From a virus (lineage: Duplodnaviria > Caudoviricetes): DNA of 58,368 bases. Positions 8,629 to 20,800 of this stretch are shown piece after piece; within the stretch, counting starts at the first letter, position 1; every line of letters starts with the position of its first letter. The stretch lies in IMG/VR virus record IMGVR_UViG_3300046171_000264, positions 1-58,368 of that record. One strand, given 5' to 3'. The translations under genes were made by a program, and so were the position numbers. A model generated the notes under the pieces. The model had not been told where the DNA came from. It worked only from the letters and a program-made list of their open reading frames with translations, and did no database searches.

Positions 8629-11120
8629 TTATTCTTTTGCCTCCAGCACTGTCATCTTAAAGTGCGGGCATACGTGATATAGTTGATACAACTCGCCGTC
8701 AATCGTGACCGCGTCCGGGGTGCTGTCTCTTAGATTGCCGGTGGCACCATTGTTGATTATGACGCCGGAGGCTAGGTAGTCCAAGGCGTATCTAAGGGTA
8801 ACGGCACCGCTCACCGAACGAGATAACGTGAAGACTAGTTCATTTCCGATTGAGTCTTCGTTGATGGCGATGGAGGAAATCCCAACAGTTCCTGCGTCAT
8901 CTACAATCCTGAAGCCCTGATCTTGGGCTGGGCGAATGTTGACGGAATCAAGAACCAGCGGCAGCGATGGCACGTCAAAGCGAGCTATGATTTTCCCGTT
9001 CCTAAGATACGCCGACAATGGGTTTATGAAATCAGGCTTTCGCCTGTCGAATACAATTTGCTTATAGGCTCTACCAGTGTAGGCCCCCAAGAGCTTTCTA
9101 CCTAGTGCGCTGAAATGAATCTGATCAGGTAAGTGAGGGATGTGATAAACCGGCGTAGAGAGGCAAATCAGTTCACTGCTTCTGACGGCATCGAGCTGTT
9201 GCAGTGTTGCATATGCAGTTGCCGTAGAGGCTCCAGAAACCGTTTGATAGGTGATCATGTAGACCGGTGAAGTCTGTCCAGTAATCGCTTGGATGTCTGT
9301 TTCAAGGTCGCTACGGATCTGGGTTAATTGTGATCCGTAGTCGATTGTTCCGCTATTCGCTTCACCTTGTATCCATGCAATAGCGTGGACCGCATAGTTG
9401 GAGTCCAATGCTTCCGCGCCATTAACATGATCGAGAAGCAGGTTGTAAGTCGTTTTCCCTTGTGCGAAGTTATCAATACTTGCGCCGCCTTTTCCTACAG
9501 CAGACGCCAGAATTACGTGATTTGCCGGGTCAAGACCGTTCTCAACTATAGAGAGAGTTGATGCGTAATTTGCAGCGCCTGAGCAAGGCGTTTCGCCCAG
9601 CGTCGTAGTTCCGCTTGTGTTGTAAACCTCTCCGCTTTCGACAAGAGGCTTAAAGGAGGAATAGTCGAAGCTTGTGCCGTCGTATGCGCGTGCGCCCCCG
9701 TTAAAGGTGATATTACTGTAAGGCTGCGTAGCGCTAATTACTTGACCGCCCGTATATCCAAGAGCATTTGACTGTCCATAGACAATAAGATGGTTGACAG
9801 CTTTGGCGATTGGAGGGCTGGATAGTGGTTGAATTGTTTTTGTTCTATCAAACGGAGATACCGTGCCTCCTCCAACCCTTAGTTCTGTAGTGCTCGCGGT
9901 ATTGATTTCTGCTTTTGTAATCTCTAATTCACCTGCTTTGGCTTTTGGGAAATACTGCGCACCGTCTGGATATACGCCTCGCGTTATCCTGTCGTTTTTG
10001 TCAACCTCGATTTGAACGTAAAAGTCATAATCAAAGACTTCTTTGATCTCGTTATCGCCCAGAGCCGTCAGCTGCGCTGCTCGTGTTGCTTCACCTTCAA
10101 TTTGCTTACTGAACTGGACAGTGCCATCAGGCCGCACGCCGTAGGCAATGCGATCGGCGCTGTCGAGCACTACGTGGCTGTAAAACTCTTGGAAGACAAA
10201 ATCGCCAGACTGTGCGCCACCTTCCAGGATGTTCAGCAGTTGCGTGTTGACGCTGTCCAGGTCGATGGTGCCGCTAGAGGCGATCAGCTTGTTGATGACG
10301 ATCGAGCCGTCCGCCTTCACGCCCCACGCGATGCGCCCGGCTGCATCAACTTCGACTCGTGCATACCCAGATCCATCTGTATAGCTGTCATCACCTTGAA
10401 CTTTTTCGTCGTCTAAGTTAATGTTGCCGCCTGGAACATCAAAAGCGCCGTCATTTTTAACCCCATACCCAATACGACCAGAAGAATCAACGACAGCATG
10501 GCTGTATCCTGAACCGTCTGCGTAGCTGCTATCATCTTCAACCTCGGCACTACCAATCCGCAGCGGATTAAACGTATCATTCAGGAATGCAGCCGCAAAT
10601 CGCGTCCCAAGCGCAAAAGTAACGTCACTTGTATAGCTTTGATTTGAAACAAATGAATAAGTGCTACCGCTGCGACTTAGCGTTCCATACACCGTACCGA
10701 GCACGCCTGTGATGCTGGTGCCGTCTGTCAGATAGCTACTATCAGCAACGCTAACGGTGATCGGGCCGGTGCTGCCAGCGGTAAGCGTTGCCGGTGCTGT
10801 CAGCAGAACAGATGCGGTGCCTTCGACTAGCTCAAAAACACGCTGCACTTCGGCGACCACCTCGTTCCACAGCGCTCCACCCATCAGCGTGCTGGTGATC
10901 GTGCCCCAGCCCAGTGCGTAGTTACCCGCGCCGGTCTTATACAGCACCTGCTGCGTATCCCCACCCGGCAGCATGGTGACACGGTTGACCGTGCCATCAG
11001 TCTTTTTCAGGTAGATATGACCGTCAGCCGCTTGAATCGCGATTGAGCCAAGATCGACTCTCGGATGCTGACGGGATGTCGCCAGGTGTGATCGAATAGC
11101 TTATGGATGATTTCGGTCAT
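8629..11120 (-). CDS. Tail fibre/spike with SGNH (sialate O-acetylesterase-like) domain; N-terminus broken by two indels
   Basis: GQSN, WIQGEAN and DQIH SGNH motifs; four VDxxxRIxxGVxxDG repeats. Corrected start MTEIIHKYSITPGDIPSASEVDLGSIAIQAADGHIYLKK from ATG at 11120. Confidence 0.8.
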
Positions 11121-11163
11121 TCTAGGCCCTGGTCCTGCCTGTGAGATGCCTTCATTCTACTTA

Positions 11164-12212
11164 TCAAATCCCTTCAAGAAGCTCAACATCCCGCACCGTG
11201 ACGAACGAGGCTGATCCAGTGATAACGTCAGTTGCAGCCGCGCTAATCGCATTTGATGTAATGATGATTTTTGCTCGGTAAAACAAATCCCCAGGTTCTT
11301 TTACAACGTTTGAGCTGCTCCCTGATCGCGTCTTCCTCAGAGATCATCCAAAACTCTGCATCAGCCTCTGCTTGATCTCTGAGTTTCGAGCAACAAGCCT
11401 CATCAAGTTACTGGTTCCTGATCGTGCGGCTTCTTCGCATAATGCCTCGGGGCAGGCTCGACGCCCGAAACGGAAGCATTGTCATAATTGCCGCCTGAAT
11501 TAGAGCCTTCGGTAATACTGCCGTTGATCAGCGTCGTCCCATCGTTCGGTCCAGTCCAAAGAACAGCGTTTTGATAATTAGGAAGGCTGATGATAGTGCT
11601 ATTTTTTGGATCAATTGTTTCGCGTTCGACTAAGAAATCGAACGTACCACCCCCTTTGATAATAGATTTTACTCCGTTAAAGAACTTGTCTCCTAGTCCC
11701 GTTGTATCAATTTCAGCTGAATCAATATTTAGCGCCCACTTTGTCATGCCGCATTCAATGCGCCAGTCATTCACAAGGCGAAATTCAAGCGTGTCTGATG
11801 CACTAATAGCGTCAAGACTTTCGCGATCTGCCCTAACGTTTTGTAGAGCTGAACTTCTGCTTCGATAAAACGCAACGCGGTTAAGCTGATCAACGCTGAT
11901 ATAAAGTTGATTTTTATATGGAGTGCTCCCCAGCGCCGCTGGGTATGGCTCGGTGTAATCAACCATTTCCAAGTTGTTGCGCCATTCATAGGGGATGTCC
12001 GCAACATAAGCAGGAACCAACCCAACATCTGATGGTGATGCGTTTGGCCAGTTAGTTGTTGATGCAATCTCTACAAGATCGCCGTTTCTATACCCTGCTT
12101 GAGTCAGTGTGTACATTTTTTGCGTTTTATTTATTGCGCTAAAGTCCATTACCTCAGGTTGAGGGGCAGAGCGTTTAATTGCAATACGCCCAAACGTTCC
12201 TAAAACTGCCAT
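11164..12212 (-). CDS. Tail protein (tube-like domain); C-terminus frameshifted near 11340-11440
   Basis: WALNIDSAEIDTTGLGD...GGGTFDF. A downstream frame encodes PGDLFYRAKIIITSNAIS...GSASFVTVRDVELLEGI*. Confidence 0.7.
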
Positions 12213-12598
12213 TACGTCGAGGAGATAGTCAAGTCACCAGTAAACGTAAATGCAACATCTGTGCTTGTAACGTCACCGACAGTCACGGTTGAACCAACAC
12301 TGGTAATCAACACACTGCCTGAAATCGTCTTGCCTGTGGTCAGCGTCAGCGTTGCGGTGATGCTACCTTGCGAATCAGTATTGATTTTGGCGTAAACATC
12401 ATCAAGCAGACTGTTTTCGTAGAGCAAAGTTGCACTACCTGATGCACCACGCAACCCCGTTGCGTACACCCTGCTTGATTCACCTAAGTTTGTGGTCTCC
12501 AGTGTGTCGCGTGAAATATCAATGCTTGCGTCACGAACCACAACCGTTGAGTCGAGCCCAGTGATCGCAAAGTTGCCTGTTGTGCTGGTGACTGCCAT
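12212..12598 (-). CDS. Tail tube-like minor protein
   Basis: SIDISRDTLETTNLG...GLRGASGSATLLY...FTFTG. Confidence 0.7.
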   Translation of the reverse strand: MAVTSTTGNFAITGLDSTVVVRDASIDISRDTLETTNLGESSRVYATGLRGASGSATLLYENSLLDDVYAKINTDSQGSITATLTLTTGKTISGSVLITSVGSTVTVGDVTSTDVAFTFTGDLTISST

Positions 12599-12610
12599 TT
12601 TGTACTCCTG

Positions 12611-13018
12611 TTAGCTCATTCTAAGCTCTGCCGTCAATTCAACGGTCACATTGGAACGACCAGGGGCGACGCTTTCAACTTGTGGTGACGACCCTTCACT
12701 AAAAGACCACAATAATCCGGCCCCTGTCGCGCTGGCGTTCAGCCAGCTTTTTAAGGTGGCATCCGCTCCAGCAAATATTTGCGTCGGCAAAGTCAGACTA
12801 TCGACTGAACCTTTTGCGCTGTTGTATGCGCTGAGGATTGCTGTTGTGTTGGTGTCGTTGACGTTGCCAAATGTCAAGCTAAGTTTTGCACTACTTGGTC
12901 TGCTGCCCCAGAGCCTACGGGTGATCACGCCGGATTGAGAAGTTTGCGTTTTAGTGGGCCATGTTGGTGCAACAAATCTGCGTCTTGTTGGTGCAATGCT
13001 GGGAAATGTTGTCGCCAT
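12611..13018 (-). CDS. Minor/distal tail protein
   Basis: Position in the tail operon and FPSIAPTRR...LSLTF.N pattern. Confidence 0.6.
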   Translation of the reverse strand: MATTFPSIAPTRRRFVAPTWPTKTQTSQSGVITRRLWGSRPSSAKLSLTFGNVNDTNTTAILSAYNSAKGSVDSLTLPTQIFAGADATLKSWLNASATGAGLLWSFSEGSSPQVESVAPGRSNVTVELTAELRMS

Positions 13019-16000
13019 CAGTCTTGAATGCTCCAGTTACCAGCGGTGTCGAAGCCATCGGCTAGCTCAAGGATGTCTGAGCTGTTGGTTGGCATGTGCA
13101 CTGCGTCAATTGTAAACGTGCCCTCTTCAGTTGGCGTTATGCGCTCAATCTGGTAGGTGCGAACCTGTGTGCTGGGAAGCTTAACTGTGAATACAACTCC
13201 CGTAGGTGTCGCTGTCTTGCCGCTGTTGCTAACAACCAGCGTGGTGTCAGCTGGTGCTGTATCAGCGTCACCGTTCCAAGCAATTACGGCATAGGAACCG
13301 TCAGCTAATGATGTTGTACTGACCAATGCACCCTCAGGAGTTACGACTCCGTTATTGAACTCGTCGTACTCAGTAGCGTCCATCCCGACTTTGATGTAAT
13401 CGCCTGGTGCCATTGCCATCAAAACGCCTTCATGCGTCGTTGTAAACGAAACAGTATGAGTCGGGATGCGCCTCATCCTGATAACGAATTTTGCTGCATC
13501 AATGGCATGTTGTCGGCTGGTGCAATAGTCAGACATATCAATGGTTTCTAGAGATACCGTCTCGCTCGCTGATGATTCACGCACCAACACTTCGCGAACG
13601 GTCGGGAACATTCCTGGATTATCCAGGTTTGTGCTTGCGCGTTCTTCGCGGTAACGAACCGACACCTGGATCGGGTCGCGTTCTTCAGGATCAAAATACT
13701 GAAGCTTGAAGCTATTTTCGACGATATTGCCTGCAGTAAACAGGCCCGTGATTGCCACAGCATCGAACTGCAGAGCTGGACGCAGGAAAAACTTGCCGTC
13801 AGACTCGCCAAAAATTAACAGGTGTGTTGCTGCAACATCAGCGCACCATTGACGGATGTTAATCTTGTCAGCTATTACACCGTCAAAGAAATATTTGCGG
13901 GAGTAACACCAGTTAGCTGCAGCTGTAAACTCAGGGAAATTCACCATGTCGTCAGTAATTAAATCGCCTCTCCCATAGGTGCTGTTGGTCATTAAATCCA
14001 GCACAATATCTGGAAGCAAATGCGTTGCTCCTACAGCTAAGCTGCTTCGCAGTTGACGGCAGGTTTTACCGCCAGTCACGTAACAACTAAATTGATTGAA
14101 TTGTTGCCATTCCACTGACGAATTTATGTTGACGCCTACTAATGCGAGGTTGTCGTAATTTGCTTGAGTAGAGTTTGGTACTATCTCATTAATGTAAACA
14201 ATTTCATGTTCTGGCCCTGTCTCGGCAGAAGATGTAATTTCTTCATACACAAAACTTTCAGCCAATTTGCCCCAAGTGTCTATTAACGAAGTATCGCCGT
14301 TGCTGAAATCTGCATCTGTTTGTGGGTAGTTTAATTGCCCCTCAGCGGATGGTCTGCGGCCAATGCTGATCGCAAACGTGTCTGCACTTTTTGTGATTTG
14401 TATGCCTGTAAACAGCACGCTAATGCCACCTGTTTCCGAAACCAGTTGGGTAGTTCCAAATATGTAACTTGCGTCTAAAACGTATAAATTACTTGTTACA
14501 TGATTGCGAACTTCGTATCCCGTAAGCGGTTCAATCTGGAACTCCCATTGCTTGACGCTAGGCATATCAAGCTGAATGTAATTAAATATTTGTTGTGACG
14601 TTGCGCCCCGAATCCCGTATGCGTTATTTAGGCGGGTAAATGCTCCAGAAGTTCCGGCAACTCGATAGCTAATGTAGAAAAAACTATACCGTTCAGTAGT
14701 TGTTGAGACAAGGTTTGAAGAATGTATGTCAGTGTATAAAACCGTGCCTTCGTTTAAAATATTTCCTTTGTAATCCAAGCACGCGCGGTTATCGCACTCG
14801 TCATAACCTTTGGAAGTGTCAAAATTAGTTAGCCCGTTAATGCGTGTGCCTAAGGTAGATCTGATGCCAAACTCAACTGTTTTACACGGCCTTGTTGTTG
14901 ATACGCTTGCAATAGCACAACGCATAATATGGCCATCAGTTGTTGCGACATTACGAGGCTCAGGACCACTACCAGCAAGCAACTGGTTAAGCCATGTGTC
15001 GCCGTCTTTTTCTATTTGTGATTGACTATTTGTGGTAACGACTCCGGTACGGACTGTTTTGAATGTTGCCTCAACAGTTAGTGTCGCTCCGTCAACTTCA
15101 GACTTAAATGGTCCATTGGTTCTGTTAGTACAAATTGCCAATCCAGTACCAATTTTATACAACTCTCCTACAACAATAGAATCATCCCAGCTTTGTTGAC
15201 GGCCTGCGACGACAGAGGCAATGTCCTTGCATTTCTCGACATATGCGTCTTTAATAGAAAACCAACTTACAAAAGTGAATGAGTTGCTAGTCGTCCCTGG
15301 ACCCTGCCAAGTCGCAGTATTACGATCAAATTTAAACTTTGGATACACCTGAGATGTTGTAACGTCAAGCTGTGGAAACGTAACAGAAGTAAGAACAGTT
15401 GTCCCGTCAATGCTTGTTGTGCTTGTAGAAGGAGCTGTAAGCCCGATTTCTTGCTGGGTGTCGTCTTCTATAAGGATTTTGTGAAACTGAACTACTTTTA
15501 TGTCATCTTCGGGATCGTCAGCGGTAAGATCATTTTTAAATCTAAGCTTAAACTTACTTGCCTTGAGTAATTCAAGCTCTGTGTCAACTGCGTCGTTGTT
15601 ACTAATGCTGTCCAGACCGCTGCTATTAAAAGAAATATTCACGGCAATATATGCCTTATTTGATCCTCCTACGTTTGTGGGGTCAATTCTGGTAGTTCCC
15701 GGCCATGCAACAGTAACGCTATTGCCTACAACTACTGTAGTAATGCTTACACTCAGCCTGTTTAGAAGGCTTTGAGCTAAATTTTCAATGTTGCTGCTTT
15801 TGAAACGAGAAACAGCCTTTTTGTTGGAGCCCGATCCTGTATCAAACTGCTTTACATAACCCGCTGGAGTTTCTGCAGTAATTAGCTCTTTTTCGATTAC
15901 CCATGAACCTGTATTTGTAAGATCTTCAATGTCACGACTAAAAATAGTGTCCTTGTCACTTGAAGAAAAAAGCTTATAAGTGGTTGTGCCACCGATAGCT

Positions 16001-17009
16001 CCCAGCCCTGAAGACGTGATCCCGCTGCGCGATCCATAAAATGCTTGAGCCTTTTTGCGGCTTGCGTATTTTGCCTCGTCTAATACGCATTTAACTTCAG
16101 TCTTTCCCTCGTCGCCTTCAGGTAGCAGCTGTGCCCGTACCTGCGGCTCAAACGTCGGGTTAGGACGCATCCCAAAATCATTGCCGCAAAAAGCGTACAC
16201 ACCAAATGTTGTCTGGTTAGCTGGCTTCTGAGTCGCGGAAAAATGCTGAGTTATATTATTTCCGACACGAACGCCAAACACTTCTGAACCGGCTAAGTTG
16301 CTGCTATTTCCTATGTCTTCGCTTGCACTTCGCCCGTAAACGTGATCTCCTGGTGCAATACGAGTTGTAAGACCACTTGCATATCTTGCGTATACTGCCA
16401 TCCTCGAACCAATCTGGTTGGCAGTTGTATTGCCAAAGTCATAGCTAGTTAAAGTATTGCCACCAGACGCAAAATTGCTGGGCTCAATAGCGGCTATTGG
16501 TCCCTCACCGACCAGAAAGATCGCCCGTAGCATCTGCGATCCACCCAGGCTATAAATCTGCGACCAGAGCAGCTGCGTATTAACTCGAACGCCACCATAG
16601 ACAATAGGATGCAATCGTTTCTTTGTTTGTATAAACAAGCGGAATAACTGATCCTAAAGTTGAAATCTCTTGCGTTGAATTGAAGCCGTATCTTGGTGCA
16701 TAGCGTTGGTTCTGTGTTGTTGTTTGGCCGCCGCTGCTTGTCGCCCTTAGTTCGGGTGGTCTGCCCTGGTTCGTTTTGATCAAATGACGGCTTGGGTCTT
16801 AGCAGCGTCGAAACAACAACAGTGCCGACGCCAATCACTAAATTAACGATTGCAATCGCTAAAGCAACATCAAAAGTCCCCGCCACTACGGCAGGTTCAG
16901 GAGCTTCTGCGCTGCGCTTTCGCACCTCAGCCTTAAACCAGGAATACTCCTCATCCGTTAGCCCCAGCATTGAGGCAAGATACTTATCAGATGGAAGTAG
17001 GCTGCTCAT
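13018..17009 (-). CDS. Central tail/tip protein (lambda J-like); 5' part broken by indels near 16610 and 16765
   Basis: MSSLLPSDKY start; RYAPRYGFNSTQE..LGSVIPLVY..; GGVRVNTQLLWSQ; YFFDGVI; GLFTAGNI. Confidence 0.8.
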
Positions 17010-17388
17010 TTCACAAATCGACGATACTGAGATTCTCGCATGGCTCGTGGCGGCAACCAGCACACGCCACGCTTGTGATGGACAACTAAAACGCCGTTCT
17101 CTACTACGATACCGACACCAAGACCGCTTGCGCCATTTTCAAACATGCAAACTGCATGCTCTTCCATTTCTGGCAATACCTCCGTTGCTTCATTCCATAG
17201 CGCCTGCAATTCTTCCCATTTACCTGCAGTTGCTAATTCCATCCACTTGTAATCAAACGGTGGGTGATAAACACCAACTGAATCCAATATCGCCCAGACC
17301 ATGACCACACAATCAGCACCCCGAGCCATGCTTCGGGTGCTCACCGAATGCATGAGGCAGGCCAACCCACGGGCTTCCAATCAATCAT
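17006..17388 (-). CDS. NlpC/P60-like tail assembly protein (lambda K-like); indels in the 5' end
   Basis: Corrected MIDWKPWVGLPHAFGEHPKHGRGADCVVMV; position between the L-like and J-like genes. Confidence 0.7.
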
Positions 17389-17861
17389 CAGCTAACGACC
17401 AACGAACCAGATGTTGGTAACGCCCCAACAAGTTTGGTGTTCAAGACACGCCTTGGAACGTCTGACGCAACAGCATCCAGCGGTGAAGTTAGTTTCAACA
17501 GCACTTCTCTGTATCCATGTCGTAACTAGCGACACGCCATAGCTCAGATCGAATCAGTGCAACATCACTAAAGTTCGTCACATCGAGGCTGACAGTTTTT
17601 AGATCCAACTAGCCATCTGCTTTGAACGGCTTCTGCAAATATGTTTACGCTGATTTCGTTAGTGGCAGCGCCTAGCACTGCTTCGGATCGGTCGCCGCCT
17701 TTACTGCCTGCACCAGTCGAAACAGCAAAGGGCATAAAGCTATATGTGACTCCGCTGTAAGTTCTTGTTAAATTGACTGAAAAATTCTGATAAGCGTAAA
17801 CGGTTGGCGTCGAAGAATCCTCCATAAACCGTGCATAGTTGACAAAGGCAAATGTGCTCAT
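17388..17861 (-). CDS. Minor tail protein (lambda L-like); indels near 17610 and 17506
   Basis: YQNF...YSFMPF; corrected C-terminus LKLTSPLDAVASDVPRRVLNTKLVGALPTSG. Confidence 0.7.
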
Positions 17862-20800
17862 TAGCTAAGTCCTACTTTTTTTCTTGTCTTAACACTACCT
17901 TGTAAAGCCGAAAGTGTCAGCGATCTGCCGCGTTCAGCCGCCTGAGCCATGCCCTGACGATGCTGTTCTGCTGTAACGTATTCAACATTATTGATAACAG
18001 TGGATTCATACCTCACGTCAATCGGAGCTGAATTTGACAACATCATTTCGGTCATGCGTTCTGTTTCGCGGGTGCTGTTGGTAATCATTGTGTTTCTTTG
18101 CGTGTTCAGCTGCTGACGGGCCGCTTCAGTGCTACGCATTGCAGAATCTTGTTGCGTTAGCTGCTTACGAGTATCGCTATTAGACAGTACCGTACCTGAA
18201 GTTTGTGGAACAAAAAGCTCCATTCCACGTTCGCCAACGATATACGGCTTATTTGCGCTAACTGGGCCGCCGTTGGCTCTAGGTGATAAAAAGTTGTTCA
18301 GCGCCGAAGTTGCCGCTGCTCCCGTCTTTGGGGTCACGTCCAATGCTCTCTGGATTCCGGGGCTGCTGCCGCCGCCACTTAAACCTGCAAAAGCTTTGGC
18401 CAGACCAATAGCTATGTACGTTGCGATCATCTTCGCAGCTTCCCTAAGCAGGATCTGCCCTATGTCTTTCAAAAAGTCAGAAAAGACTTCTTGAGCTGTC
18501 TTTGTGCCTTCAATCAGACCCACAACGCCATCTGTGAGAGCGCTACCCACAGCATTTCCAATACTCTGTGAGACCCGAATTGACAGCGCCTCAAGATCTT
18601 CAAGCTCCCGTTTGGCGTCCCCTATGAAATTGGCAATCTTGACGCCAGGCTCGAGCGCTGCTTGAGCACGAGCATCCACAGCAGTTGCTTGACTCTCAGC
18701 AGCAGCGCTGATAGCTACCTGCTGTTCGGGAGTCGCTTGCTTCAACAAGCGGTTCCTTTCCCGCAGAATTTCGAGCTTTTTAAGCTCGGCTTGAATCAGC
18801 TCGGGAGCGACTCCTTCAGCTTGCAACCTGTTACGTAATTTAAGATTTTCAATTTCGCTCTCGATGTCCCTTACTTGAAGCGCGCTTTGCTGAATGAACT
18901 GCGTGGCTTCCTCCACGCCAAGCCTCTCGCGCTTTAGCTCGTTGATTCTCTCGAGCTTGGTCATATACACCTCACTCTGCTTCAGCACGGCATCCATCGC
19001 ACGCTTGCGCTCGCTTTCACTTAACTGCTCGCGGTTATTGATCCCTGCTTTGATCTCATCCAGCTCGCGGGCGGAAATTGCGATCTGAGCTAGGTTCGCT
19101 GCTTCAAGAGCGGTGCGCGCTGGAGTGAAAGCAGCATCAGCGTTGGTTGAAACTGCGTCGTAAGTGAATTTGAGCTCTGCAAGCTGATCCTCGTACTGCT
19201 CAACTGCGACTTTTGGGAACGCTGCTTTGGCGATGCGCTCAAAGGCTTCCACAGTCTGTGCTTCGGTGATTGCGACCTGCAACAAACGTACGCGGTCCAT
19301 GGCGCTAGCCACGTTGCTCACAGCTTCGGCGTAGCGTTGCGTAGTCGCAGCTGCGTCAGGAAGCTCAGTATTTGCAGTGGAAGCTGCCTGGTTTTCGCTA
19401 GCACGAGCAGCTTGTGGCCCAGTTGGGCTCGCTGTCGACGCTCGGCTCCCGTGAAGGAAAATATTGCCTGTTTTAAGAGAAGTGGCTTGGACGCCGACCG
19501 CACCACCTAAGGAAGGCGTACCTACAGGTGTAGGGACGAGCGTGCCAGCAGGTACAGCAATGTCAATAGCACCACCACCAGAGCGCCTGCCGTGCACTTC
19601 CTGCTCTCGAGCCAGTGCTTTACGCAGCTCGGCTTCGTCAAACATATTCTTGACATCGATCTTGGCATTGCTCAGCTGGATGTACTCGAGTCCCTGACCT
19701 TGCCAAGCCTTGATGATGGCGGTTGCCTCATCAACGACAGCCTGCTTATTGCCGGTGGGGCTTCGTATGTCAAGGTGAGGTCCGGTGCTACGCCCTGTGC
19801 TTCCAACCAAGAAACCAGCAGATACACCAGAGGCAGCGGGTGTAGTACCGCCGGCAGCCCGTTGCCGCGCATCGGCAGAGTCCTTCTCATAATCCGCGGA
19901 CTTTTTGCGAAGGTCTGCGATCTTCTTCTCAGTCTCGTAGCGATAGTCGCTGACGTTTTTTTCTAAATTCGCAAGCTCAATGACAAGTGTCTTCTTGGCC
20001 GCCTCGATCTGAAGCTCTCCACGCTCTCGGGTGGCGATGTAGTTGTCGAGGGCTTCCAGAGCAGCACGAGAAGCACCTTCTTCTCCTTCGAGAAGCTTGG
20101 CGTTGGCCTTTTCGATCTGCTTGATGCGCATCTCGCCGGCGAGGCGGAAAATTTGGACTTCTTTTTGGGCTAGAGACTGGCGCTGTCCGAATAGGTCGTT
20201 GTCGAACTTGCGGCGGAGCTCAAAAATCTGTTTTTCGAGATTTTTACGTTTGTTGGCCAGGAGCTTGACATCTTTTTCAGCTTGTTCACGATCACGCAGA
20301 GCGTCTACACCCCTGAGCTGCGCTGTAATCGCGGCTTCTTCTTTTCCTAGCTTTTTCAGTTTTTCCCGGGCGCGTTCCTCAAAACGTCCTATTTCGGCGC
20401 CAGATACGGCGGATAGGAACTCACCAAAACTTTGAATACCGGGTTTGAGCTCTTCCTTTACTTTTTTTATTTTCTCTCTTACTTCATCTAACTCCTTTAT
20501 ATTACGACTATAATTAGAATTAACAATAGCTTGCTCAAAATCACGAGCTGCTTTAGTGGCACTGCTAGCTTCATCCCCCACGTCTTTGTACGTGGTCTGC
20601 AAACGACGTAACGCTTCAGCTGCTCGCTCGTTCGATCTTTGATTTTCTTGAACGCGGCGAAAACGTCCAAAAAGGTCTATAAGGACGGATAGGCCCACCT
20701 GAATGACAGCTATCCAGCCCAGCGATTTAAGAATGGATAAACCGGCGGCTTTAGCACTGGCTCCAAGGCCACGGAAGCTAGCAGCAGTTACGTTTAATTT

